64,000 nt of DNA. Origin: Octopus vulgaris. Taxonomy: Eukaryota. The translations under genes and the position numbers were made by a program. How positions within the stretch are numbered: the stretch's first letter is position 1; every line of letters begins with the position of its first letter. The stretch is from contig OX597824.1 of NCBI GenBank assembly GCA_951406725.2, forward strand, positions 33,108,001-33,172,000. Direction: 5' to 3'. The notes beneath the pieces were generated by a model, which saw only the letters and a program-made list of their open reading frames with translations, ran no database searches and was not told where the DNA came from. Below, piece after piece: positions 1 through 12,788 of this stretch.

Positions 1-205
1 TTATATCATTTTATAATCATTTTGGAACAGTAGATTTTGAAAACACATGAAACTATAAATAATACCAATTTGAAAAACCCTTATGGATAGAAAAGCTGTT
101 TTCAACCCAATATTTACTGTTATCCCTAGCTTTATTATGTGTTCCAAGAACCCCTGTTTCAAAAACGAATTATCCCATATTGTTTCTGAAGTTTGTAAAT
201 ATCAC

Positions 206-244
<39 letters not shown>

Positions 245-273
245 TGTATACACACACAACACACAGCACATAT

Positions 274-359
<86 letters not shown>

Positions 360-1019
360 TTATTTATTTAGTGCATTTTCAGCCCCTTCCTGTTATTCTT
401 TTTTTATACACTTACACACACACACACACATATCACCCCTCCAAACACACATGAAACCCCATCAAAAATGAGAAAAAAGCCCTTTTCATCTGCTGCCCTC
501 CTTCCCTTTTTAACTTCCCAGTTTTGCAGCCCCTTCTGTAAGGGTGGTGAAATTTTTTGTGTTGCCATTGCCAGTCAGCAGCAATGAGGAGGGGCGCTGA
601 GAAGATATATCTGAGTCCATGAAAAATAGCTGATATAAATAGATTAGTAGATTAAGCTACACCCATTTTGAAAAAGTCATCTAAGGTACAAGAATACCTT
701 ATTTAGCCTTTGCTGTGTTTCAGATTTACTTGCTGTCCTATAAACAGAGAAAAAGACCCCAGCAAACTTATTAAGAGTTGTAAACAGCTTGCTAAATTAA
801 GAAAAAAAAAAAAAATTATGAATTATAAGCACAGGTGTGAATGTGTGGCTAAGATGTTTGCTTCCCAACCATGTGGTTTCAGGTTCAGTCCCACTGTATG
901 GTGCCTAGGGCAATCACCTTCTGCTATAGCTCTAGGCTGACCAAAGCCTTGTGAATGGATTTGGTAGAGAGAAACTGTAAAAAACCTATTGTATGTATGT
1001 ATATGTGTGTGTATATATA

Positions 1020-1052
<33 letters not shown>

Positions 1053-2127
1053 ATGTATGTATGTATGTATATGTAACTATTTTTTCCGTGTTAATTGTTA
1101 ACAAGGGAAAAATACACACATCTGTTTATATATATATATATATGTGTGTCTTTGGTTAGTGTTTCCCCCCACCATCACCAACACCTATTTCTTTACTACC
1201 CACAAGGGGCTAAACATAGAGAGGACAGACAAACAGATTAAGTCGATTACATCGACCCCAGTGCGTAACTGGTACTTATTTAATCGACCCCGAAAGGATG
1301 AAAGGCAAAGTCGACCTCGGCGGAGTTTGAACTCAGAACGTAACGGCAGACGAAATATGGCTACGCATTTCGCCAGGCGTGCTAACGGTTCTGCCAACTC
1401 ACCACCCTCACCAACACCACTTAACAACCAGTGTTGTTAGTTGTTTGTTCATGTTTCCATAACTTATCAGTTTAGTATAATAAGTACCAGATTTGAAAAA
1501 AAAACAAAAAAAAAACACTGAAGTAGATTTGTTCAACTAAAGGCAGTGCTCCAGCATGGCCACAGCCAAGTGATTGAAACAAAAGATAATAAAAGACAAA
1601 AGATTAAGTTAGTGTTAAGAACATATCCAAAATTTCTTGCATAAAATTATTATGTGGGTGGGGCTAAATTTAAATCAGACCATTTTAGAACAGGCAGAAA
1701 CTTTTGTGTTGAAGATTCTAAGATGACCTTAGGCGGATTAGTATTAAAAGGGATTAACTCTTTTGTTACCAACCAGCCTGAGACCACCTCTGGTTCTATG
1801 AAATAAACTTCCTTTTTTAATCATTTAGCATCAAGATTAGTCTGTCAAATGTAATACTTTTTTTTTTACATTGTTTTTAATTAATCATACATTAACTCAT
1901 AGCTTCAAGATTTCAAAGATTTTATTGTTTATTTTTAGAATGACATTGTTGGGTAGGTGTAAGAGGTCAGATCTGGCCAGTAAGAACATAAAATAGGTAG
2001 AACATTTTGGCTGGATATGGCTAGTTTAAATGCTAGAGGGTTGAAATGATCTAAGTTAAAACCCGCCATCAAAACAAAGGCAATTTATGTACCAAAAGTT
2101 AGCTTGATAATAATTTACTTTATTAAA

Positions 2128-2518
2128 TCTCTCTATATATAAAGCTGAAGTTGTCTGTGTATGGCAGGTTTGGTAGCCTTCAACTAACACTATTTCCTCC
2201 AGGGCCCTGTGGCGCAAGTTGATCAAAATTGAGAGAATGATAGAAGGCTCGCTCTTCCTTCCGTAGAAGAAAAACTTCAAATCGGACCATGTTAACACCA
2301 AAAATTATTTACATCAAAAAGGTGCTTTTTTTCTATGAAAAACCTTATTTTTTACGATTTTGTTTACTGCTGTGTCGCCATTTTTCGGTGTATTTCAACC
2401 AGAAAAATGTTCACTTAAAGAGAATAACAAGCTACATAATGCAAAATTTTTACTTTTCAAAAATTCCAATTCTAAAGGGTCAAAACAAGCCTGAGCAACG
2501 CTGGGCTATACTGCTAGT
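2128..2518 (+). mobile_element. Non-autonomous Helitron-like element, close copy at ~61544-61940
   Basis: 5' TC(TC)TATATATAAAG, subterminal hairpin cctgagcaacgctggg, 3' CTAG-T. Related ends at ~26271-26668 (+), ~2800-3342 (-) and ~6737-7197 (-). Confidence 0.7.
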
Positions 2519-3350
2519 TCTTTGTTATTTTCAAAATTAGCTGCAACAAAAGCAGTGTATTTCTGTAGCAATATGGTTATGAAAGTATTAAATCAACATT
2601 TCTGATTTCTTTATTACCTTCAAATTCAACTTCTACAAGACAAAAATTTTAATTAGTCATTGAAAGAACATATTTGATATTTTTCATTTTCACTTCCTCG
2701 TGAATTAATTTGAGTGTATTTCAATAATATTTATCATTGATATCATGCTGAATACTTCTACATAATGGTAGTTTTGCTATATATATATATATATATACAT
2801 ATACGAGCAAAACGCCCCGCCATCCAATGGACAATACTGAATCATATCTGCTGAATAAAAAGCAATCAGTGTTTTCTTTTCATTAAAAAATAATTAAGCT
2901 TGCCTTTATTTCAATAAAATTTTTGGTTTTATTAAACAAAGTTAAGGCAACAAAAAACTTCTTGAGAAACCAAATAGTCTTTCCTTCCGTCATGCCAAGT
3001 TTGAAGAAAATATCTCTTTTGCATCTTACTTTTTTGGTCTCTTAAATATACTGCATTTTGTGGCATTATTTCAAGCCAGGCGGCTTTTTTTTGTGCATTT
3101 TTCTTGCATACGCGTAGTATCAATCACAACAGCTGATGTACTTGTGCGTACAAATGCTCGTTCCCACAGCTTTATCAATCGCATTCTCACCTGGAATCGA
3201 TTTTTGTAATTTTTTCAAGACTTATACATGCCCTGATACCGTCAGTGTCTATATATCAAATTTGAGTGCAATCGGATGGAGGATGTCCAAGATCCTAGAA
3301 GACACACACACAGACAGACAGAACAGATTTTATATAATAGATATATATTT

Positions 3351-3393
<43 letters not shown>

Positions 3394-3649
3394 CACATAT
3401 GTATATAAATTGGCCCATCAGACAAATGAACCCTGCATGGTGAAGTGGTTGCTGCCATGAGTGTTGCAGGCCATTCTCCATGGCATCATCATCACAGTCA
3501 TTACCACAGAGTGCAGCTGAGCACACCATTTGTTCTGGGATGTGTGACGCATCACCCCCATCTCCTCCATCATCTAATACTTTTCCCTTACCTTTTTTGG
3601 TTTTCGATTTTACCTTTTTTTCTTTTTGTTTCTTTGTATTCAAGTGTAA

Positions 3650-3869
3650 TACTAGGGGCTGCTGAAAAGTTCCTGGCTTTGGGTAAAAGAAAATATAAGA
3701 GGATCAGTTAATTATGATTTTATACAACATATTCCACTCTCAGTTTCACAAACTAATTGCAGTGGTCCTTCAGTTTTTCTAAGCCCTGTAAAAGAAATCA
3801 GGAAGTTGGGCCTCCAGCTAGGCTTTTCGTGATACCCTTAGAGCCAGGAACTTTTCAGCACCCTGTCGT
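3650..3869. mobile_element. Mariner-type MITE (~215 bp), second copy at ~4427-4645
   Basis: TIRs gctgaaaagttcctggc / gccaggaacttttcagc, two similar copies. Confidence 0.75.
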
Positions 3870-4071
3870 GCATGTGTGTGTGTGTATCTGGCAGTGTGGT
3901 AAATAGCTTGCTTACGAACCACATGGTTCCGGGTTCAGTCCCAGCGCATGGCACATTGGGCAAGTATCTTCTACTATAGCCTCAGGCCAACCAAAGCCTT
4001 GTGAGTGGATTAGATAGATGGAAACTGAAAGAAGCCCATTGTATATATGTATATATACATATATATATATA

Positions 4072-4124
<53 letters not shown>

Positions 4125-4347
4125 GTATGCATGTATTTGTATGTCTGTGTTTGTCCCCCCAACATTGCTTGACAATCGATTCTGGTGTGTTTACGTCCCC
4201 GTAACCTAGCGGTTTGGCAAAAGAGACTGATAGAATAAGTACTAGGCTTACAAAGAATAAATCCTGGGGTTGATTTGCTCGACTAAAGGCAGTACTCCAG
4301 CATGGCCACAGTCAAATGACTGAAACAAGTAAAATAGTAAAAGAGTA

Positions 4348-4378
<31 letters not shown>

Positions 4379-4381
4379 TTA

Positions 4382-4426
<45 letters not shown>

Positions 4427-6347
4427 GCAAGAGGTGCTGAAAAGTTACTGGTTTTGGGTAAAAGAAAATACAGGAGGACCAGTTAATAATGATTTTATGA
4501 AATATATTCCCTTCTCAGATTCACACACTTATTGCAGCAATCCTTCGCTTTTTCTAAGCCCTGTAAAATAACTCAGAAAGTTGGGCCTCCAACCAGGCCT
4601 TTCATAACATCCTTAAAGCCAGGAACTTTTTAGCACCCCCTTGTAATTTAAAATGTAACTTTCTCTTTCTCTCTTACTTGTTTCAGTCATTTGACTGCGG
4701 CAATGCTGGAGCACCGCCTTCTAGTTGAGTAAATCGACCCCAGGACTTATTCTTTGTAAGCCTAGTACTTATTCTATCAGTCTCTTTTGCTGAACCGCTA
4801 AGTTACGGGGACGTAAACACACCAGCATCGGTTGTCAAGTAATGGTGGGGGGACAAATGCAGACACACAAACATATACACACATGCATATATATACATAT
4901 ATACGACGGGCTTCTTCCAGTTTCCGTCTACCAAATCCACTCACAAGGCTTTGGTCGGCCCGAGGCTATAGTAGAAGACACTTGCCCAAGGTACCACGCA
5001 GTGGGAATGAACCCGGAACCATGTGGTTGGTAAGCAAGCTACTTACCACACAGCTGCTCCTGCGCCTATATACTTGACGTATTATAAATTACTGTAGAAA
5101 TAAAATAAATAAAGAGCCAGCTGAATGTCACAGAATCAATGAAGTTAAAGGCCTTTTCAAAATACACAGAGAACAGTTAAGTCTACCGTGTACTGGACAG
5201 TCAGCCTCAAGGTGAACAGTTTGTCTGCTGTCATAGGACTGTATTTTACTGCATGGCAAAGACACTTAATACTCTCTCAAATAGGTTGGTCTGTCTAAGT
5301 TATAAGTAGGTGCAATAGCACAGTAACAACTAACTGCCATGTACAGAGAGAACATTATAAAACTAAGCATTTCATTAGCTTGTAATGTTGGAGTCAACTT
5401 TTATGAATATAACTTGAGGAGGTATGGGTCCTTACTAGGCTGAGTCACCCTAAATAAATCTTATACAAACGAGGAGTTTTTCAGTGTCCTATGACCCCCA
5501 AAGCATTTGTGTCTCGATTCACCATCTCTTCTGACCCTTGTCAAATAATTTTGTTGTTATTTCAGATAATTACTTTTCATTTGAAATAAGCATTATTTTT
5601 TTTAAAGGTAATTCTCCTATAAACTACTTCTAGGAGCAGTAATTGTTTTTCATTTTTTGTTTGTTTTTTGATTGGTAATAAAAATCATGCTCATCATCAT
5701 CATCATTGTCATCATTACCTTCACTATTGCCACCACCACCACCACCACCTCCACCATCACTAACAACAACACCACCATCATCATCATCACCACCACTACC
5801 ACCATTGCCCCCACCATCCCACTCTGATATCTGTACAATTGGACAGATATGCTATATAGAACCTCTCTCCGCATACTTCAATATTATATTACACTTGGTT
5901 GTGGGAGACAGCAAATCTCTTCTGTAACTTAATCTTTCTCTTTTAAAGCTACTTTTCAGCAATTTACCTTCACAATGAATCCCATTTGCCAATTAATACC
6001 TTGTACATTTTTTGTACTTGGTTTCAAACGTTAGACTGTGGCCACGTTGGGGCATCACCTTGAATAATTGTTAATCAAATGAATTGACCCTGGTTTTTCA
6101 TTTAAAAAAAAATTGACCCTGATTTTTCATTTTTGTTGCCAAACTATTAAGTAATGGGAACATAAGCACACCAACACCAGCTGTCAAGCAGTGTGTGCAT
6201 GTGTGTGTGTGGGGGGGGGGGGGACAAACACAGACACAAAAATATGCATGCATAGATATATGTGTGTGTGTATATGTATACATATATTACATATATATAA
6301 AATATACATACACTTATAGATATATGTATTTATATATATATATATAT

Positions 6348-6382
<35 letters not shown>

Positions 6383-6672
6383 CATATATACATATATATG
6401 TATGTATACATACATACATATTTATATGTATGTATGTATGTATGTATGTATTTGTGTGTCTGTGTTTGCACCCTCTTATTCCCCCCCACCATCACTTGAC
6501 AACAGATGTTGGTGTGCTTACATCTCCGTAACTTAGCAGTTTGGCAAAAGAGACCTATAGAATAAGTACTAGACTTACAAAGAATAAGTCCTGGGGTTGA
6601 TTTGTTTGACTAAAGGTAGTGATCCAGCATGGCCTCAGTCAAATGACTGACACAAGTAAAAGAGTAAAAGAG

Positions 6673-6721
<49 letters not shown>

Positions 6722-7346
6722 TATATATATATATATACTAGCAGCTAAGCTCGGTTTCACCCAGTCATTTTGGATGATGTGGTTGTAAAACCTGTTCTGT
6801 ATAAACATTTGACTTGTTTGGGCACACTTACATTAAAAAACAATTTTAGGATGACTTTTTTCTGTCAAAATGCTAAAAATAATTGACCAACAAAAAATAA
6901 AAGAACCAAGATTCAACCAAATCAAAATATAAACCCAAATACTAAGCAAACAAAGTTAAACTATCCCACTTCCATTTGTGTGCACACACATAAAACACAT
7001 ACACACACACATTCACATACTCCCCTTTTACATACACACCCATATATTCACACAGAGTTGAAACGCTGTTTGATTTATTTTTTCAGAGTACAATTTTCAT
7101 CATCTCACTACCAAGTATGACATCACCCCTTCCTTCCTTATTCATCTATCACCCTTTCCATTCTCATTCATAAACACAAGAGTATTATTATAGTAGATTA
7201 TCTCAGTAACAATGGGAGCTATGAAAAAGTACAAAGCTTAGCATCACCACTGGATCATTCTACACATCTGTGTAATTTTTCATGCAATTCCACCCAGCCA
7301 TTTGACTGTGAGTCCCAAGAAAAGAAAGAATCGCCCGTGTCAAATT

Positions 7347-7628
<282 letters not shown>

Positions 7629-7855
7629 GGCGAGCTGGTAGAAACGTTAGCACACCAGGCGAAATTCGTACCCATATTTCATCTGTCGTTACGTTCCGAG
7701 TTCAAATTCCGCCGAGGTCGACTTTGCCTTTCATCCTTTCGGGGTCGATAAATTAAGTACCAGTTACGCACTGGGGTCGATGTTATCGACTTAATCCCTT
7801 TGTCTGTCCTTGTTTGTCCCCTCTGTGTTTAGCCCCTTGTGGGTAGTAAAGAAAT
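7629..7855 (+). mobile_element. SINE family B (Nin/Deu-like central domain), representative copy
   Basis: ggcgagctggcagaa head, gagttcaaattcc B-box, ccgaggtcgactttgcctttcatcctttcggggtcgataaa core. Copies at ~1187-1405(-), 14748-14915, 27566-27790, 28664-28890, 30704-30925, 32040-32270, 50952-51690, 58312-58541. Confidence 0.8.
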
Positions 7856-8053
7856 ATATATATTTATATATACATATGAAAAAATACCGTTAAAAATGAA
7901 GGGAAATTACTCTGTTATAACTCTGCTTTGCCTGCGTACTTATACATCGCTCGCATTTTTCGTCATAAAAATTATATAAAAATACATAAAAAATATATAA
8001 AAATATATAAAAATATATAAAATCTTCTTGGGACATAACACAGAAAGCATGTT

Positions 8054-9698
8054 CTATCCGTTTTCTTTAGGGGACCAAAAACGTAACAGAAATTTAGTCA
8101 CATGTGGGCATGATCCGAAAAGTTCTGTCCTTGTATTTAGACATGTGGTAGGGTCTAAGCTGCTTTTCCAGATAAGCCATCTCTCCATGTCGCATAAACC
8201 GCACCTTCCGCTGCCGTTAGTATAGGGCTTACATCTGGCCAAAATCTTCCATTGTATGTTATAATCGACACCTTTATCTCTTAAAGACCAAATATGATTG
8301 GATAATTGTGTCGCTTTTCTTTTGTTCCAGTGCCTAAAGCTCAAAGTGTGGTTATTGAACCTGGCCTTGAAATTACCCTCTGTCAGGCCCACGTATTTCT
8401 TCGTCAAAACGGTGTCTTTAGTGGTTATAGAGTTTACGGTAGCCTCATATATGATGGTCTTGGACATGCAAGCTCCATTTAGCGGGCACAATTCTTTATT
8501 CCTGCATGAACAGCTGTTTTCTTCTTGTGTTTTTTGTATGTTATGATTGATTATGTTTTTAAAATTGGTAGTTGAACTAAAACTAATTTTTAAATTGTGT
8601 CTATTGAAGAGTTTCCTATAAGCATGGTTAACTGGAAAATGTCTATCTATCAGTGCTAGGAAATATTTACCTATATTGAAGGCCACCTCGGGTGAGTAAG
8701 GGGGCGTAAACCAGATGACCTTCCTATTTCTATTATTCCTTTTCTTTATTGTTGGGCTGGTGATAGGTGTATATTTTATTTTTTCGCTAAAACCACTATC
8801 TTTTAAAGCTTTATTATAAACTGGGGCAACGCTATTGAAGATGTCCTCATTAGATGAGAGGCTAGAAATCCTCTTACTAATATTTTTAACTAAATTTTTG
8901 AATACTATAGGGGGATGGCATGAACCTACATTAATATAACTTAGTCTATCATTGGGCTTCCTATAAGGCTTATAAATATTATTATTAAGATCTAAGGAAA
9001 CGTCTAAGAAATTGACAACCGTCAGGTTAGTGTCTATAGTTATACTAAGTCCGAAGTGTTTCATTAACTGGATAATATCCTTCCTAAAACGATCTTGTGC
9101 TGGTCCATTTGTATTAGCTGTTAAGGCGAGGGCATCATCTTTGTAGATGGCGAAATGTACGTTAGGGAATGTCTTACTGAAGGTATCTAGGAGAAAGAGT
9201 CCAATTAGATCACAGATGCCTGCCCCATCATATGAACCCATGCTCACATCGAAAGCGCCCTCCGTGTCGGTGTTTTTTACCCACTTTGCATTCTCACTGA
9301 AAAGTAATGTCTTTCTAGCATGGAAGATTATATCCTTATCATTGGTACTAATTTCTATGAAGTCACTAGCGAAGATTAGGGCTTTATCTAGCAGTTCTTT
9401 AGAGATAGAGGCATAAAAATCAACAATATCGAATTGTGTAAACCTCGCTTTTTTCTTATTCTTAATAGCTTTAAACCAGTCTACGACTTCTATACTATTG
9501 GACCATTGCACTAGCCTAGTATCGGTCTTAATTTTCGTATTTATTTTATCTAAAATTTCTTTGCTAATAATCCCTAGTTCTGACTTGGCTGGGTTGATAA
9601 GCCTACATTTAGGATTGGAAAGGAAGTTTTCTTTGTGGTCTTTAATAGTAATAAAGGCCTCTTTTTGGGGGAGGGTTTCTATTTTTTTATCTAATTTT
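8054..9698 (-). CDS. PLE polyprotein, 5'-truncated but in frame: RT (FDIVDFY, SMGSYDGA, YKDD, VNFLDV) plus C-terminal GIY-YIG endonuclease (IIYEA...KYVGLT...FKARFNNH)
   Basis: 556-aa ORF in the track, of which the first ~9 residues come from the junction fragment. Cys motifs CSCRNKELCPLNGAC, CGLC and CPH surround the endonuclease, which I recall as typical of the Hydra group of C-terminal-EN PLEs. Confidence 0.9.
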
Positions 9699-9757
9699 AT
9701 CTTGACTACCGAGTAATGTAACATATTGTATAGATAAATTTCCTCTATTTACATAAT

Positions 9758-11365
9758 AGAGGCCTTTATTACTATTAAAGACCACAAAGAAAACTTCCTT
9801 TCCAATCCTAAATGTAGGCTTATCAACCCAGCCAAGTCAGAACTAGGGATTATTAGCAAAGAAATTTTAGATAAAATAAATACGAAAATTAAGACCGATA
9901 CTAGGCTAGTGCAATGGTCCAATAGTATAGAAGTCGTAGACTGGTTTAAAGCTATTAAGAATAAGAAAAAGCGAGGTTTACACAATTCGATATTGTTGAT
10001 TTTTATGCCTCTATCTCTAAAGAACTGCTAGATAAAGCCCTAATCTTCGCTAGTGACTTCATAGAAATTAGTACCAATGATAAGGATATAATCTTCCATG
10101 CTAGAAAGACATTACTTTTCAGTGAGAATGCAAAGTGGGTAAAAAACACCGACACGGAGGGCGCTTTCGATGTGAGCATGGGTTCATATGATGGGGCAGG
10201 CATCTGTGATCTAATTGGACTCTTTCTCCTAGATACCTTCAGTAAGACATTCCCTAACGTACATTTCGCCATCTACAAAGATGATGCCCTCGCCTTAACA
10301 GCTAATACAAATGGACCAGCACAAGATCGTTTTAGGAAGGATATTATCCAGTTAATGAAACACTTCGGACTTAGTATAACTATAGACACTAACCTGACGG
10401 TTGTCAATTTCTTAGACGTTTCCTTAGATCTTAATAATAATATTTATAAGCCTTATAGGAAGCCCAATGATAGACTAAGTTATATTAATGTAGGTTCATG
10501 CCATCCCCCTATAGTATTCAAAAATTTAGTTAAAAATATTAGTAAGAGGATTTCTAGCCTCTCATCTAATGAGGACATCTTCAATAGCGTTGCCCCAGTT
10601 TATAATAAAGCTTTAAAAGATAGTGGTTTTAGCGAAAAAATAAAATATACACCTATCACCAGCCCAACAATAAAGAAAAGGAATAATAGAAATAGGAAGG
10701 TCATCTGGTTTACGCCCCCTTACTCACCCGAGGTGGCCTTCAATATAGGTAAATATTTCCTAGCACTGATAGATAGACATTTTCCAGTTAACCATGCTTA
10801 TAGGAAACTCTTCAATAGACACAATTTAAAAATTAGTTTTAGTTCAACTACCAATTTTAAAAACATAATCAATCATAACATACAAAAAACACAAGAAGAA
10901 AACAGCTGTTCATGCAGGAATAAAGAATTGTGCCCGCTAAATGGAGCTTGCATGTCCAAGACCATCATATATGAGGCTACCGTAAACTCTATAACCACTA
11001 AAGACACCGTTTTGACGAAGAAATACGTGGGCCTGACAGAGGGTAATTTCAAGGCCAGGTTCAATAACCACACTTTGAGCTTTAGGCACTGGAACAAAAG
11101 AAAAGCGACACAATTATCCAATCATATTTGGTCTTTAAGAGATAAAGGTGTCGATTATAACATACAATGGAAGATTTTGGCCAGATGTAAGCCCTATACT
11201 AACGGCAGCGGAAGGTGCGGTTTATGCGACATGGAGAGATGGCTTATCTGGAAAAGCAGCTTAGACCCTACCACATGTCTAAATACAAGGACAGAACTTT
11301 TCGGATCATGCCCACATGTGACTAAATTTCTGTTACGTTTTTGGTCCCCTAAAGAAAACGGATAG
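9758..11365 (+). pseudogene. Second PLE RT/GIY-YIG copy, frameshifted near its 5' end
   Basis: Same sequence as the left arm except A5 instead of A6 at ~9966-9970. The downstream 397-aa ORF 10172-11365 matches the left protein. Confidence 0.88.
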
Positions 11366-11560
11366 AACATGCTTTCTGTGTTATGTCCCAAGAAGATTTT
11401 ATATATTTTTATATATTTTTATATATTTTTTATGTATTTTTATATAATTTTTATGACGAAAAATGCGAGCGATGTATAAGTACGCAGGCAAAGCAGAGTT
11501 ATAACAGAGTAATTTCCCTTCATTTTTAACGGTATTTTTTCATAACGTTTTCAAATAGCC

Positions 11561-11623
11561 AGATAACCGAAGAGATGGTGTTGTGGATTTCCACTTCGGC
11601 ATCTGAAACTCAGAGTTTTATCT
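11561..11623 (+). ncRNA. Type I hammerhead ribozyme in the PLE pseudo-LTR (variant core)
   Basis: Helix I AGAUAA/UUAUCU, core CCGAAGA, helix II GAUG/CAUC with inner GUGGA/UCCAC, extra U, GAA, helix III ACUC-A-GAGU. Predicted cleavage after GUU at 11617. Confidence 0.75.
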
Positions 11624-11871
11624 TGACTACCGAGTAATGTAACATATTGTATAGATAAATTTCCTCTATTTACATAATATTGAGGTCTCTTTCTTTCTTT
11701 TGTTATCTTACCGTTTTATCAATATATATACATATATATGTATATATATACATACATACAAACATACATACATGCATACATACATACATACATACATACA
11801 TACATACATACATACATACATACATACACATATGTATATACACATACATATATATATATATGTGCATATAT

Positions 11872-11913
<42 letters not shown>

Positions 11914-11920
11914 TTATATA

Positions 11921-12788
11921 CAGGATGCAATGAATAAACTGTCGTCTAAATTATGTAAAAATGAAAATAACACTGACTTCTCATTTGACAAAAATTATAT
12001 AAAAGTGTCTTGGAATACTAAAGAGCAAATTTAGTCAATAAAATCGCCATTGTCTTCAACCATGGCCTCCAGATGACTTTGGAATCTTCTGCAAATCTTC
12101 TGGATGGTTTCCTTTATTTAAGTTGGTGAATGATGCCATAATACATGTCTTCAGTTCATCTTTGGTTTTTTAAGGAGTTTTGTTGATCTCTCACTAAACT
12201 GCACCCAACAAATAATAATCAAGGGGATTGTAGTCTGGGGAGTTGTTAGGTGGCCAGATGTTAGGGGTGATGTGGTCGCAGAAATTCTCTGAGATCCACG
12301 ACTGGGTTCTCCTGCTTGTGTGGCATGGTACAGAGTCCTGTTGCCAGACATAGTGTCTTCCGGCAGCCACCCTCTTGACCCAGGGAAGCACTACCACCTC
12401 CAGGTACTTGATGTAGGTCTCTGAGGCTGTGTGGGAAGATGAACGGAGGCATAATGTTGCCATCACTAGTGATCTCTCCAAACATCATGATGTTGACTGG
12501 GTGTTTGATTTTTATCACTCTCGGTACATGTCCTCAGATTGCACTGTCCTCAGATTGACACCCAAACACTCTGAAATGTTCAGATTCGAGCTTTCAGTGT
12601 GAATGCCAAGTAGTACAGCATATTGTTTCAAAATTTCTGGCAGAGTGAATTGTGTCATGGTGTTGTTTTTCTCACAGATAGTGCCCAATTGACCCTACTA
12701 TACTAAGTAGTCAACAAAATCAAAAGTAAATAATGCACATGCGCAAAATTAAAACCGTAAGATGGTGTCAATTTACCCATTGCACCCT
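11921..12788 (-). mobile_element. Internally deleted Tc1/mariner (DD37D-like) element
   Basis: Fragments YVWQQDSVPCH...WPPNNSPDYNPLDY. Imperfect TIRs caggatgcaatgaataaactg / caatttacccattgcaccct. Confidence 0.8.

Larger units (their letters stand above)
7875..11721. mobile_element. Penelope-like retroelement insertion: two 5'-truncated copies head-to-head plus a 3' pseudo-LTR, in a (TA)n tract
   Basis: Arms 7875-9662 (minus) and 9758-11544 (plus) are reverse complements, with one visible 1-bp indel. Both encode RT plus GIY-YIG. The right copy continues through a hammerhead-bearing tail to ~11721. TA repeats flank both ends. Confidence 0.93.

Noticed and set aside
83-471. Many ORFs rich in YI/HT/CV dipeptides here and throughout the window
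   Set aside because: They are translations of (TA)n, (CA)n and (TACA)n microsatellites.
9699-9724. Apparent N-terminus MLHYSVVKI of the 556-aa ORF
   Set aside because: It is the antisense read of the pseudo-LTR junction fragment. The true PLE N-terminus is missing, so this is not a complete gene.
8054-11365. RT plus nuclease as a bacterial retron, group II intron or defence system
   Set aside because: Domain order, motifs, hammerhead tail and the spliceosomal, SINE-rich context all fit a eukaryotic Penelope-like element.
8028-11391. Duplicated small ORFs (65, 82, 89 aa) on both strands
   Set aside because: Antisense shadows of the PLE ORF, duplicated by the palindrome.
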